Shown in pieces: positions 29,271 through 40,426 of a DNA stretch of 64,000 nt. This DNA comes from Gemmatimonadota bacterium (GTDB lineage Bacteria > Gemmatimonadota > Gemmatimonadetes > Palauibacterales > Palauibacteraceae). The notes under the pieces were generated by a model. It did not search any database, was not told the DNA's origin, and saw nothing but the letters and a program-made list of their open reading frames with translations. The translations under genes were made by a program, and so were the position numbers. Location: assembly GCA_963666735.1 (NCBI GenBank), contig OY762926.1:1888001-1952000 (forward strand), written 5' to 3'. How positions within the stretch are numbered: the first letter of the stretch is position 1; every line of letters starts with the position of its first letter.

Positions 29271-31611
29271 TGTAGATGCCACGATGGTTGTTCACCGGAT
29301 CGACGAGTAAAATGAGAGTTCCCGTCAGAGAGCTCACACCCTACTCGTCGGAGGATCCGGTGAACGTGCACAAGAATGCGAAGTTTGGAGTTACCCCGAT
29401 TTGGTGGACACCTTTGAGCGTTGGTCACAACGAGGAGGTGTCGCATGTCGGGACGGAGATACGCGCCGGAGTACAAGGCGCGGATGGTGGAACTGGTCCG
29501 TGCGGGACGGAGCGCGGACCGGCTGGCTCGCGAGTTCGAGCCCTCGGCGACGGCGATCCGGCGCTGGGTGGAGCGGGCCGACCTGGACGAGGGGCGTCGC
29601 ACCGACGGTCTGACGACGGTCGAGCGCAAGGAAGTCCGGGAACTGAAGCGCGAGCTTCGCCGGGTGAAGATCGAGCGCGACATATTGGCAAAAGCCACGG
29701 CCTGGTTCGCCAAGGAGAGCGGATCGATCCCCCGGGGGGGTTCCGGTTCGTGAGCGATCACCAGGCCATGTATCCCGTGCGCGTGATGTGCCGCCTGCTG
29801 GGTCTCTCCCCGAGCGGGTACTATGCGTGGCGGACGCGGGAGCCGTCTCGGCGGGCGCGGGAGAACGAGGCGCTCAGTGCGGAGATCGTCGAGATCCACG
29901 CCATGAGCGGGGGGACGTACGGGGCGCCGCGGGTCCATGCGGAACTCAAGGCGCGGGGCCGCGAGGCGGGTGTGGGCCGGGTGGCGCGGCTGATGCGGGC
30001 GGCGGAGATCGAAGGGGTGAGCCGGCGCCGCAAGGGCAGTACGACGAAGCGGGCCGCGAAGTCCAGGCCCGCGCCGGATCTCGTGGACCGAGACTTCTCG
30101 GCCTCCGGACCCGACGAACTCTGGGTGGCCGACATCACGTACGTGCCGACCTGGGCGGGCTTCCTCTATCTGGCCGTCGTGCTCGACGCCTGGAGCCGCC
30201 GCATCGTGGGCTGGTCGATGGCGACGCACCTGAGGACGTCCCTGGTGCTGGATGCCTTCGACATGGCGCTGGCGCAGCGGCGCCCCGACGGGGTGATCCA
30301 CCACAGCGACCAAGGCAGCCAGTACACGTCCTACGCCTTCGGCGGGCGCTGCCGGAGGGCCGGGGTCAGGCCCTCGATGGGCTCGGTGGGCGACGCTTAC
30401 GACAACGCCATGTGCGAGTCGTTCTTCGCCACGCTGGAGTGCGAACTGATCTGGCGGCGCTCGTTCCGGACGCCCGGCGAGGCCCGCCGGGGGGTGTTCC
30501 GGTTCATCGAGGGCTGGTACAACCCGCGCCGGCGGCACTCGAGCCTCGGCTACGAGTCGCCCGCCAGCTTCGAGGCGCGCGAGAAAGGAGAGGCGGCGTG
30601 ACCCCCCGGGCCGCGGCCCTCTCCCGCGAGGTGGCGAGAATGGAGGAAACCACCACTTTCACCTGTCCACTAAAACGGGGTAAGCCCAGTTGACGCCCGC
30701 GGGGCGAGCGGTGCTGGTGAAGCGGGTGCTGGCCGGGGAGCCGGTCGAGGTGGCGACGCGGGAGATGGGGGTGAGCCGCCGGACGGGGTTCAAGTGGCTC
30801 AAGCGGTTCCGGGAGGAGGGAGAGGAAGGGCTTCTGGACCGTAGTTCGAGGCCGCACCATCACCCGCGCCGGATCCCTCGGCAACGGCGCCGCCGGATCG
30901 AGCGGTTGAGGCGGGAGCGCTGGAGCTGTCCGCGGATCGCCGATCAGTTGAACATGCCGGTCTCTACGGTGACGCTGGAGGTGAGGCGGCTGGGTCTGAG
31001 CCGGTTGGAGAAGCTGGCGCCTCCGGAGCCGGTGGTGCGCTACGAACGGTCGCGGCCGGGGTCTCCGGTGCACATGGACATCAAGAAGCTCGCGCGGATC
31101 GTACGGCCCGGACACCGGATCGACGGGGACCGGAGCAAGAGGGTCCGGGGCGCGGGGTGGGAGTACTACCACGCGGCGGTCGACGACGCGTCGCGGGTCG
31201 CCTGCGGAGATGTGCTGCCCGGCGAGCGGAAGGAGGACGCGGTGGCGTTCCTGTTGCGGGTGGTCGCCTTCTTCGGGAGCCAGGGGGTGAAGATCAGCCA
31301 GCTCATGACCGACAACGGGGGCTGCTACCGGTCGAAACGGTTCCGGCGGGTGCTCCGGGAACTCGGGATCAAGCACATCTTCACCCGTCCCTACACGCCC
31401 AGGACCAACGGGAAGGTGGAGCGCTTCATCCGCACCTCGCTCGCGGAGTGGGCCTACGACCGGTCCTATCCCCACTCGCGCGTGCGGACGGAAGTCCTCC
31501 GCATCTGGCTCCGCTACTACTACCTGAGGCGACGACACACCGCCATCGGACGCCTCACACCCATGCAAAGACTCGTCGAGCTAAGGGTCACCAACGTCCT
31601 TGGCATCTACA
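29271..31611 (+). mobile_element. IS481-family element interrupted by an IS3-family element
   Basis: TGTAGATGCCA terminal inverted repeats, 6-bp TSD GCTAGG (29265-29270 / 31612-31617); 1035 bp after removing the nested IS; transposase VNVHKNAK|LTPAGR...HMDIKKL...TDNG...TNGKVERF. Confidence 0.92.
29386..30688 (+). mobile_element. IS3-family element (1303 bp), copy 1
   Basis: TG...CA ends with imperfect IRs, 3-bp TSD GTT; orfA 29445-29753, orfB to 30601 with WVADITY, HHSDQGSQY, DNAMCESFF. Confidence 0.95.
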
Positions 31612-31612
31612 G

Positions 31613-32797
31613 CTAGGGCTCGATGTCGTAGCGCACCACGTACGGGATGTCGAGCGCGTCCTTCTCCACGACCCAGACCTCGGCCCGGTTTGCCGCCGAC
31701 ACGCGCGAGGTCGTGGGAAGCTGCACCCGGCCAATACTCGCTCCTACGGCATCCAGCACGAGCCAGTCGCGCTCGCCGTCTTCGTCCGGCCCAGCCAACC
31801 AGATCGTACCGCGGCTCCCAATGCGAACGGTGGTAACCGGCGGAAAATACCGGCGTTGTTCATAGAATTCGCGGAGGGCCCTAGCATGAGCTCGATGATC
31901 GGTAACGCCCGGCCAATCTAGCTGCTCACGTATCTCGTCAGCAAAAAAACCCTCTGGGACCGGACGAGGCTCGTACTCGACGCGACGTCGAAACAGCGTG
32001 TCACCCAGAACGCCGATTCTCGTCACCTCGAACTCCGCGCGGCCCGAACCCGCCCAACTCCTGCGCTTGACCCAGACCGCGCCGGACCCGTCGGGTGAGA
32101 AGGCTATCAGGTCGTCTTCCGGCAGCGAATGCGTCAGATACACTCCCGCGTCGGGCGCAAGTCCAGCCTTGATCTCGACGGGTCCACCTCCGAGGGAAAG
32201 TAGAGCCAACGTGTCGCGCAGCGAGCCCGTGGGGTCGGAAACGAGCAGCGGCAGGTTCGAGATACCCCCCCGTGCGGTGGCTCGGAGAGCTGAGAAGGTC
32301 CGGGATCCGACCAGTCGACCGTTAGCAAGGATGGCTCTCGGCACGACGCTCAAGAAGTAGTACGACAACGGAGGATCCACGTCATATGGGACCGTCTCGG
32401 CCTCACCGCTCAAAACATCGAAGAGCGTGAAGCGCCTCAAGCTCGGATCAGCGACCCACACCCGCGATCCATGCCAGCCCATTGACGACGGAGTCATCAA
32501 CTCTGCCGGGCCCTCGCCTCGGCTGCCAAGATCACGAACAAACTCCCCGGTCCGTTTAAAGACCCTGACTGTCCCCTCTTGGGCCAGCAACACGTACACG
32601 TAGTCGGTGTCCGTCAGAACGTCGCGCACTTCTGACAAACCGTAGATCGGGTCGTCCGCGCTCCCGATCGAAGCAACCCGTTGAAGGGACCATTCCGGCG
32701 TCTGGCCCAGAATCGGGCCAGACGCCCATTGGATCACGCACGCGAGCACGAGCCCCGGCAGCCCACGGTCGATGAATCCTCTATACGTTTGAAGCAT
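31613..32797 (-). CDS. Secreted beta-propeller-like protein (module A2)
   Basis: IGSADDPIYGLS, GSRGEGPAEL, DALDIPYVVRYDIEP; GGAGG RBS; stop lies in the IS481 TSD. Confidence 0.75.
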   Translation of the reverse strand: MLQTYRGFIDRGLPGLVLACVIQWASGPILGQTPEWSLQRVASIGSADDPIYGLSEVRDVLTDTDYVYVLLAQEGTVRVFKRTGEFVRDLGSRGEGPAELMTPSSMGWHGSRVWVADPSLRRFTLFDVLSGEAETVPYDVDPPLSYYFLSVVPRAILANGRLVGSRTFSALRATARGGISNLPLLVSDPTGSLRDTLALLSLGGGPVEIKAGLAPDAGVYLTHSLPEDDLIAFSPDGSGAVWVKRRSWAGSGRAEFEVTRIGVLGDTLFRRRVEYEPRPVPEGFFADEIREQLDWPGVTDHRAHARALREFYEQRRYFPPVTTVRIGSRGTIWLAGPDEDGERDWLVLDAVGASIGRVQLPTTSRVSAANRAEVWVVEKDALDIPYVVRYDIEP

Positions 32798-32817
32798 TGC
32801 CGTTCCCTCCCTACCGC

Positions 32818-33279
32818 CTACAATTGCAGCTTCGCGGTCTCGCTTCGTATCCCACTCACTTTGGCTGGCGCATACCATTTCGTGACGATCCCTCCATCAC
32901 ACGATCGCTTGATCTCGCTCGCCTGTCGGGGGAACGCGATGGGATTGGCCGATCCGCGCGCCACGCTGGCCGCTTGTGGTTCAGTTGAGGTTGCCTCGAA
33001 CTGTTCCATCGGCACGGCGGGTGCCGCGCGCCCGTCTAGCATCACCGTAACTACACAGCGTGGCCCTCCGACGCGACAGGTAGTGCATCTTGGTGTGGCA
33101 CAGTACTCGGCGCCGAGCCCTTGTTGGCCTGCCACGCAGTGGGCGCACTTATTACCGTTCTCATCAGAAAGTGCACCGTACTGACAATCCCAGCACTGTG
33201 CGCTCACGGGTTCGACCGACACCGCCCCGGCCAAGACGGCAAGACTGAGGCTCAGCATGAGAATTCGTGCGAGTCTCAT
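32818..33279 (-). CDS. Secreted 8-Cys protein (module A2)
   Basis: Signal peptide ending VSAQ; CWDC..CAHC..CATPRCTTC..C; VMLDGR; RSCDGGIV. Confidence 0.8.
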   Translation of the reverse strand: MRLARILMLSLSLAVLAGAVSVEPVSAQCWDCQYGALSDENGNKCAHCVAGQQGLGAEYCATPRCTTCRVGGPRCVVTVMLDGRAAPAVPMEQFEATSTEPQAASVARGSANPIAFPRQASEIKRSCDGGIVTKWYAPAKVSGIRSETAKLQL

Positions 33280-33425
33280 CGTCTCTCTCCTTTGTTTCGG
33301 TTGGAATCTCGGACGCTTGCCCAAGATACTTCACGAGTTCACTGGCATTCGGCGTTCGCATTGCGAGTGCGGCGCGTGCCTCCGTGGCGCTGCCGACAAA
33401 CCCGAAGGGTGCTTCGACCCTGGTG
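33276..33425 (-). pseudogene. 3' remnant of module A lipoprotein gene (A2)
   Basis: TRVEAPFGFVGS...NASELVKY then a frameshift; directly upstream of the 8-Cys gene. Confidence 0.7.
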
Positions 33426-33605
33426 TCCTCAGGTGGAGATGTCCCGCTTTCACGGACGGTTGATTTCTGCGGTTGATCACCTCCGGTTCTGCTCCCTTCG
33501 GTCTCTCTCGGACGCGGGAGAGAGGCTCCGGGTGCGCGCCCGCGGTGCGCCTCGGGGGGACACGCGGAGTGTGGCCACGGGGGAGGGGAAAGCCGACGTG
33601 GCTCC

Positions 33606-34778
33606 TCACCGCACAATTTCGTAGCGCACTAGGTACGGGATGTCGAGTGCATCCGACTCCACCACCCAGCAATCGGTCTTGCCGGCAAATGCCACATGTG
33701 ACGACGCGGGCAGCTGCAATCTTCCAACCGTCGCTCCGGCACCATCGAGGACAAGCCAAATCCGCTCGCCAGCTACTTCCGGTCCCGCCAGCCATGTCGT
33801 TCCGTCGCTTCCCGCCGAGACCCGCGTCACGGGCGGAAAATACTCCCGCATTCGAAAGAACTCGCGCAAAGCCGCTTCGTACGCCCGTCGATTAACGACG
33901 TGAGGGCTGTTCGCGGATTCAGCTATGGTCTCGTCGAAGAAGTCATCCGGCACCCGATGGGGCTCGTAACCAACGCGACGTCGGAAGATCGTGTCACCGC
34001 GAACTTGAACTTTGGTGACCTCGAATTCGGCCGGCTCATCGCCATCCCAACTCGTCCGGTCCACAATCACTGCATGGGAACCGTCCGGCGCTATCGCGAT
34101 CAGCCCGTCCTCCGGAAGTGGGCTGAGTCTGTATTCCATGTTAGATCCAAGGCCATCGGTGATCTCGCCCGTCTGCCGGTCGATCGCAAGTACGGCCAAG
34201 GTGTCGTGTAGGGCCCCATCCGCGTCCGTAACGACGACCACCCGGTCCGTAACGATCCCGCGAGCCTCAGCCCTCGCGGAGAACTGTGGATACCCAGCTA
34301 ACCGTCCGTCATCGAGTACGGCCCGGGGTACCATCCCGCGGACCGTGTATGACTCTTTGACCGGCGCGTGATACGGAACCGTTTCCGCGTCACCCGTCGT
34401 GACATCGAAGAACGTGAACCTCATCAACCGATAATCGGCCACCCACAACCGCGACCCGTGCCAGCCCATCCATGTAGGGTGCAGCAACTCGCCGGGTCCC
34501 CGTCCCTTGCGACCGAGCGCGCGAACGAAGGTACCGTCGCGCGAAAAAACACGGATCTGTCCGTCCTGCGGCTGAAGGACATAAACTTGATTCGCGTCCG
34601 CCAGCACTCCCCCAACCGGTGTGAGCCCGTAGGGGGGGTCGTCAGCGCTCCCGAGCTTTAGGTCGAGCCGCAGAGTCCACTCCGGCACCTGGCCCGCCGC
34701 CGAACCAGACGCGGACAAGGCACCGCAGACCAAAGCGGGCACCAGTATGGACACACGCCACTGGCCAATTCGCAACAT
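33606..34778 (-). CDS. Secreted beta-propeller-like protein (module A3)
   Basis: Signal peptide, LGSADDPPYGL, GRKGRGPGEL, DALDIPYLVRYEIVR. Confidence 0.75.
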   Translation of the reverse strand: MLRIGQWRVSILVPALVCGALSASGSAAGQVPEWTLRLDLKLGSADDPPYGLTPVGGVLADANQVYVLQPQDGQIRVFSRDGTFVRALGRKGRGPGELLHPTWMGWHGSRLWVADYRLMRFTFFDVTTGDAETVPYHAPVKESYTVRGMVPRAVLDDGRLAGYPQFSARAEARGIVTDRVVVVTDADGALHDTLAVLAIDRQTGEITDGLGSNMEYRLSPLPEDGLIAIAPDGSHAVIVDRTSWDGDEPAEFEVTKVQVRGDTIFRRRVGYEPHRVPDDFFDETIAESANSPHVVNRRAYEAALREFFRMREYFPPVTRVSAGSDGTTWLAGPEVAGERIWLVLDGAGATVGRLQLPASSHVAFAGKTDCWVVESDALDIPYLVRYEIVR

Positions 34779-34784
34779 TCCCCC

Positions 34785-36561
34785 CTATAACCGCAGTTGC
34801 GCGGTCGCAGTCCGAACCGCACTCACCTCGTCGGCAGAATACGGCGTCGAGATGATGCCCCCGTCGCACGATCGCCTCGTCTCCGGCCACTCTGGTGTAC
34901 CCGTGGCTCCTCCGTCTATCGCGACCACGAGCGCACCGCTTGCTCCCGCCGACCACTTCGTCGCTGGCGACTCAAGGGGCTCCGGGGGTGAGACTGGGCT
35001 TACCCCGTTTTAGTGGACAGGTGAAAGTGGTGGTTTCCTCCATTCTCGCCACCTCGCGGGAGAGGGCCGCGGCCCGGGGGGTCACGCCGCCTCTCCTTTC
35101 TCGCGCGCCTCGAAGCTGGCGGGCGACTCGTAGCCGAGGCTCGAGTGCCGCCGGCGCGGGTTGTACCAGCCCTCGATGAACCGGAACACCCCCCGGCGGG
35201 CCTCGCCGGGCGTCCGGAACGAGCGCCGCCAGATCAGTTCGCACTCCAGCGTGGCGAAGAACGACTCGCACATGGCGTTGTCGTAAGCGTCGCCCACCGA
35301 GCCCATCGAGGGCCTGACCCCGGCCCTCCGGCAGCGCCCGCCGAAGGCGTAGGACGTGTACTGGCTGCCTTGGTCGCTGTGGTGGATCACCCCGTCGGGG
35401 CGCCGCTGCGCCAGCGCCATGTCGAAGGCATCCAGCACCAGGGACGTCCTCAGGTGCGTCGCCATCGACCAGCCCACGATGCGGCGGCTCCAGGCGTCGA
35501 GCACGACGGCCAGATAGAGGAAGCCCGCCCAGGTCGGCACGTACGTGATGTCGGCCACCCAGAGTTCGTCGGGTCCGGAGGCCGAGAAGTCTCGGTCCAC
35601 GAGATCCGGCGCGGGCCTGGACTTCGCGGCCCGCTTCGTCGTACTGCCCTTGCGGCGCCGGCTCACCCCTTCGATCTCCGCCGCCCGCATCAGCCGCGCC
35701 ACCCGGCCCACACCCGCCTCGCGGCCCCGCGCCTTGAGTTCCGCATGGACCCGCGGCGCCCCGTACGTCCCCCCGCTCATGGCGTGGATCTCGACGATCT
35801 CCGCACTGAGCGCCTCGTTCTCCCGCGCCCGCCGAGACGGCTCCCGCGTCCGCCACGCATAGTACCCGCTCGGGGAGAGACCCAGCAGGCGGCACATCAC
35901 GCGCACGGGATACATGGCCTGGTGATCGCTCACGAACCGGAACCCCCCCGGGGGATCGATCCGCTCTCCTTGGCGAACCAGGCCGTGGCTTTTGCCAATA
36001 TGTCGCGCTCGATCTTCACCCGGCGAAGCTCGCGCTTCAGTTCCCGGACTTCCTTGCGCTCGACCGTCGTCAGACCGTCGGTGCGACGCCCCTCGTCCAG
36101 GTCGGCCCGCTCCACCCAGCGCCGGATCGCCGTCGCCGAGGGCTCGAACTCGCGAGCCAGCCGGTCCGCGCTCCGTCCCGCACGGACCAGTTCCACCATC
36201 CGCGCCTTGTACTCCGGCGCGTATCTCCGTCCCGACATGTGACACCTCCTCGTTGTGACCAACGCTCAAAGGTGTCCACCAAATCGGGGTAACTCCAGAC
36301 ACGTCCGTCGAGCATCACGCCACCCAGTACCTTGCAGAATCCTCCACCCAGGGTGCAGCGCGTGCACTCCGGGGTCGTACATTCGAGAGCTCCGAGTCCC
36401 CAATCGTCCGCTTCGCAGAAAACGCACCTGCGGCCGGGATCGGAGATCGGGCCGGGACCGGGTATGCAGTCCCAGCACTGTGCAACCGCGGGTTCCGCGG
36501 ACGCGATCCCGGCAAGAATGGCAAAGCCGAGGCCCAGCATGAGGATTCGTGTGCGTTTCAT
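34785..36561 (-). pseudogene. Secreted 8-Cys protein (module A3) split by IS3 copy 2
   Basis: N-part CWDC..CVFC..CTTPECTRC..C..VMLDGRV (36561-36298) rejoins in frame with SPPEP...RRSCDGGIIS...TAQLRL-stop (34991-34785). Confidence 0.85.
34995..36297 (-). mobile_element. IS3-family element (1303 bp), copy 2
   Basis: Inverted, near-identical copy of 29386-30688; 3-bp TSD GAC. Confidence 0.95.
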
Positions 36562-39177
36562 CGTCTCTCTCCGTTGCGCCGGATGGAGTCTCGGGCACGT
36601 GCCCACGAGTACTTCACAAGTTCACTGGCATTCAGCGTTCGCACGGCGAGCACGACGGGGGCCGCAGTGCCGCTCGCAACGAGTCCGAAGGGGGCCTCGA
36701 CCTTGGTGTACTTCAGGAATCGGCCATGTGAGTCGAACCGGAGCAGGAGCCGTTCGTCGGTCCCGCGGTGCGCCAGAGTCTGCACGTATTCGGGCCCGAC
36801 GGCGACGACCGAGGTCGAACTCCAGATGCCGGGATCCAGCCGCAATGATTGGGCCACGGCATCGGCGAACCAATCAGGATTGACCCGTTCAAGCTTCTCG
36901 GGCACCCAATCGATGGCGTTCCCGATACGCCACACCCGAAAGGGGCTGGAACCCTGCCACACAAGGGCTTCTCGCCCAGCCCCCCCAAGTGCGACAGTCC
37001 TCGCGTAAGCGGAATCCGGCGTCCAAGTACCGTTGCCCGCTGGCAGTTGCAGGTGGGACGGCATCGAATCGGAACCGGAGATTGCGACGATCCACCCGGT
37101 GGTTGTCCACGCCGCCGCGCTGGCTTCCCGCGATCCCGGTAGGCGGCGCCGAGTATGTGCGACGCCCGCAGTATCGGTGGCGACCACCTCGCCGCTCGCG
37201 GCATCCACGATCTCCAGATCCTTCTCGTTCAGGAACTGAACGCCGATCGCGCGCCCCACGTCGGCAGCGAGGATGTCTCTCGAAGCGGATCCACGGTACA
37301 CGCGAACGCCCGGAGTTCCGGCGAACCAGGCGACGATCAGGTCGCCCGACGGCGAGAGCGCTGCGCCGCTGAGCAGGCGATCTTCCGGGAGAGCGATGGC
37401 GGCTCGCTCGGTGAACTCGATTCCCTCTCTGCCAACACGCGCGAGACACGAGAGGAGCAAGAGATTAGAGTAGGGCGAGACAGAGAGATTGAGGATGGAA
37501 CGAGGAGAAGGAATGAAGGTGAACGGAACGCCCCTCTCTTCAGGGGAGGGCGGGCGAAGCGCGGCGGCTTCCGCGGCGGATCCGGAGGTGTCGGCGAAGG
37601 CGACGCGGCGGCGCTTCACGGCGGCGTACAAGCTGTCGATCGTCGAGGAGGCGGACGCCTGCGAGACGTCGGGCGAGATCGGAGCGTTGCTTCGGCGCGA
37701 GGGATTGTACGGCTCGCACCTGTCGGCGTGGCGGAAAGCGGCGCGGGAGGGATCGCTGCGGGGGCTGGCGAAGAGACGCGGACCGAAGCCCTCGGGCGGG
37801 AAGCGTGAGGCGAGGAGGGTGCGGAAGCTGGAGCGGGAGAACGCGCGGTTGCGCGAGGAACTCCGCAAGGCGCGCATCATCATCGATGTCCAGGGAAAAG
37901 TTGCGGGGCTGCCGGGCGTGAGCCCCGGGGACGGGAAGCGCTCTTGAGCGCGGCCGGAGGCTTGGCCGGGCACGTGGGCGTACGCGCGGCGTGCGAGGCC
38001 CTCGGGGTCGCGCGCGCCACGTTCTACCGTCGCCGGAGGCCGAAGACCGGGCGGCGGCGGCCCCGGCCGGCTCCCGCCCGGGCCCTGGACGCGGCGGAGC
38101 GGGCGGAGGTCTTCGGCGTGCTGTGCTCGCCGCGCTTCGCCGACCGCGCGCCGGCGGAGGTGTACGCGACGCTGCTGGACGAGGGCGTCTATCTGTGTTC
38201 GGAGCGGACGATGTACCGGATCCTGGCCGAGAACCGGGCGGTCCGCGAGCGCCGGGCTCAGCGCAGCCATCCCAACCACCCGAAGCCCGAGGTGGTGGCC
38301 AAGGCACCGAACGAGGTGTGGTCTTGGGACATCGCCCGGCTGCTGGCGCCGGAGAAGTGGCGGTACTTCTATCTGTACGTGATCCTGGACATCTACAGCC
38401 GCTACGTCACCGGATGGATGGTGGCGGAGCGCGAGACCGCAGGCCTGGCCGGACACTTGGTCGGCGAGACGTGTCTCAGGCACGGTGTGCGGCCCCGGGT
38501 CCTCACGCTGCACTCGGATCGGGGATCCCCCATGACGGCCAAGTGCACGGCGCAGCTCCTGGCCGACCTGGGCGTCACGCAGTCGCTGGGCCGCCCCAGG
38601 GTCTCGAACGACAACCCGTACTCGGAGGCGCACTTCAAGACCCTCAAGTATCACCCGGGCTTCCCCGGTCGGTTCGGCTGCATCGAGGAGGCGAAGGACT
38701 TCTGCCGGGAGTTCTTCCAGTGGTACAACACCCAACACCGCCACGGCGGCATCGGCCTGCTCACCCCCGAGCAGGTCCACCTCGGCCGCGCCCCCGAGGT
38801 GATCGAGCAACGGCGGAACGTGCTGGCCGCGGCCTACGCCGCCCGCCCCGACCGCTTCGTCGTCGGCCCGCCGAGGGCTGTGGAACTCCCGGAGGAAGTC
38901 TGGATCAACCGCGCACTCCCCGTCACGCCGGTTGATGGATCGGAGTCGGCCAACGGGAGGAAGGAGGCCTCACTAAACTGAATCGGAAAGTGTCTCACAT
39001 TCGTTGGCAGGTTCCGATTTCCGAGGCCGCCTGTGCCACCGGTTCGACGCTCTCCGCCCCTGCCCGCCGGTCATCGGGGATCCCGTCACGAGCGTGCTGT
39101 ACGTCACCGCATCCCGATGCGAGGGCGCACGCAACGACAGACCACGTGAACAGATTTTGGATCCGGGCTCTGTGCAT
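36558..39177 (-). pseudogene. Module A3 lipoprotein gene split by an IS
   Basis: MHRARIQNLFTWSVVACALASGC lipobox (39177) ...SEIG rejoins IEFTERAAIALP in frame once 37425-39011 and one TTCC are removed; ATGA overlap with the 8-Cys gene. Confidence 0.8.
37425..39011 (+). mobile_element. IS3-family-like element (orfA ~37513-37947, orfB 37944-38981)
   Basis: IRs CTGCCAAC...GAGACAC / GTGTCTC...GTTGGCAG; DDE motifs WSWDI, LHSDRG, NDNPYSE; flanked by TTCC direct repeat. Confidence 0.85.
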
Positions 39178-39280
39178 TGTCCCATTCCCGATTCCGGGGA
39201 ACCCGAACATCGACGACTTCGGCATGGTAGCTCGTGTTGCGCGGCACCTGCAACCAGAGAGAAAATCGTATCAACTTGAC

Positions 39281-39991
39281 TCAGACTGTGTACTCTTGAT
39301 CAAGAATGACTACTCGGTCCGATTCGGCCGGAAGGATGGGCCGGACATGGTCCGCCGTGAACGCTGCGAAGAGCCGGTCCGTCGTCAGCCGCTCCAGTTC
39401 CCCCGACCGGCGAAGCTCGTATACCCTGAGGACCGAGAGAGCGGCGAGGAACGCGCCCAGCGTCGTGGCCCCGTTCGCTCGCGCTCCGAACTGCTTGAAC
39501 AGCGTGACTGGCGCACAGCCCACGTCCCCGGCCAGTTCCCGCACGTTGCGAACCGGTCGGTCGGCAGCCTGCCGCACCGCATGAACGAGGGCCGCCTGGA
39601 GAGCGGAAGGCAACGACGAGCGCTCGAACGATTTCGCCAAGCTCCACAGACCCCGTGTCGCGCGCGCGGCGTCGAGGCGGGGCCGGAGACCCGTTCGGTA
39701 TTCGGTGAACCAGACCATCGCCGCCACACGCACGCGAAGCAGTTGCCTGGCCAACTGGGGATCGGGATTCGTCACGAGAGCCACCGGCACCCACGGCCGC
39801 TCGCGCTCGAACCTCGCCAACAAGTCGATCTGCGCCGGCCGAACCCGGCCCACGCAAGCGATCACGACCGCCTCGACCTCACGGTCGAAACTGGCGAGCG
39901 CTTCGGTGGCGTCCGCCTCCCGGGCGCCGGGGCCCGCGGCTCGGCATACCTCCCGGGCTGTCTGCGGCGTGTCCGCGACTACAAGGATCAT
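39281..39991 (-). CDS. Receiver-like/AraC-type HTH regulator, copy 1 (30-aa internal deletion)
   Basis: MILVVAD...PWVPVALVT receiver-like pattern; VRELAGDVGCAPVTLFKQF HTH; paralogue of 44302-45093. Confidence 0.6.
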   Translation of the reverse strand: MILVVADTPQTAREVCRAAGPGAREADATEALASFDREVEAVVIACVGRVRPAQIDLLARFERERPWVPVALVTNPDPQLARQLLRVRVAAMVWFTEYRTGLRPRLDAARATRGLWSLAKSFERSSLPSALQAALVHAVRQAADRPVRNVRELAGDVGCAPVTLFKQFGARANGATTLGAFLAALSVLRVYELRRSGELERLTTDRLFAAFTADHVRPILPAESDRVVILDQEYTV

Positions 39992-40426
39992 GGCGGCCTC
40001 TGCGGCCTCTTCTGAATGGGAACGCGGCGGCGCCCCGCATTCGATGTACCTCCGGTCTCTACTCTCTAGACGCCATGAGCGAGCGAAACCCCGCACGAGC
40101 CGGCCGACCGGATGGCGAACGTTCATCGGCGTTCGTCTCGTAGACTGCTTGTAACACAATGTGTGGCAGTCGATTAAGAAGGTCGGCGTCTGAGCCCGGG
40201 AAGCAGCGGCGGCTGCGGTGGGATCGCCGGTGGCCGTTGCATCGATCCCACGAATCGTCGTGGGACTCGGTCGAATTCGGCGCCAAGAGCAGCGGCGGCG
40301 TCCCGGTCCGGCTTGAGGCCGGCACCCGGTTGACACCACATTGATGGACATCTGGAGGTTTGCCATATGCGGACGGCCGCTCCGGCGACGCGTCGCAGTG
40401 AACCTTTCAGCGGGAGATTCTGGGCG

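Noticed and set aside
23660..36561. 8-Cys proteins as multiheme cytochromes or classical RiPP precursors
   Set aside because: The CxxC motifs are not followed by His, and no radical SAM, YcaO, Lan or peptidase-ABC genes lie nearby
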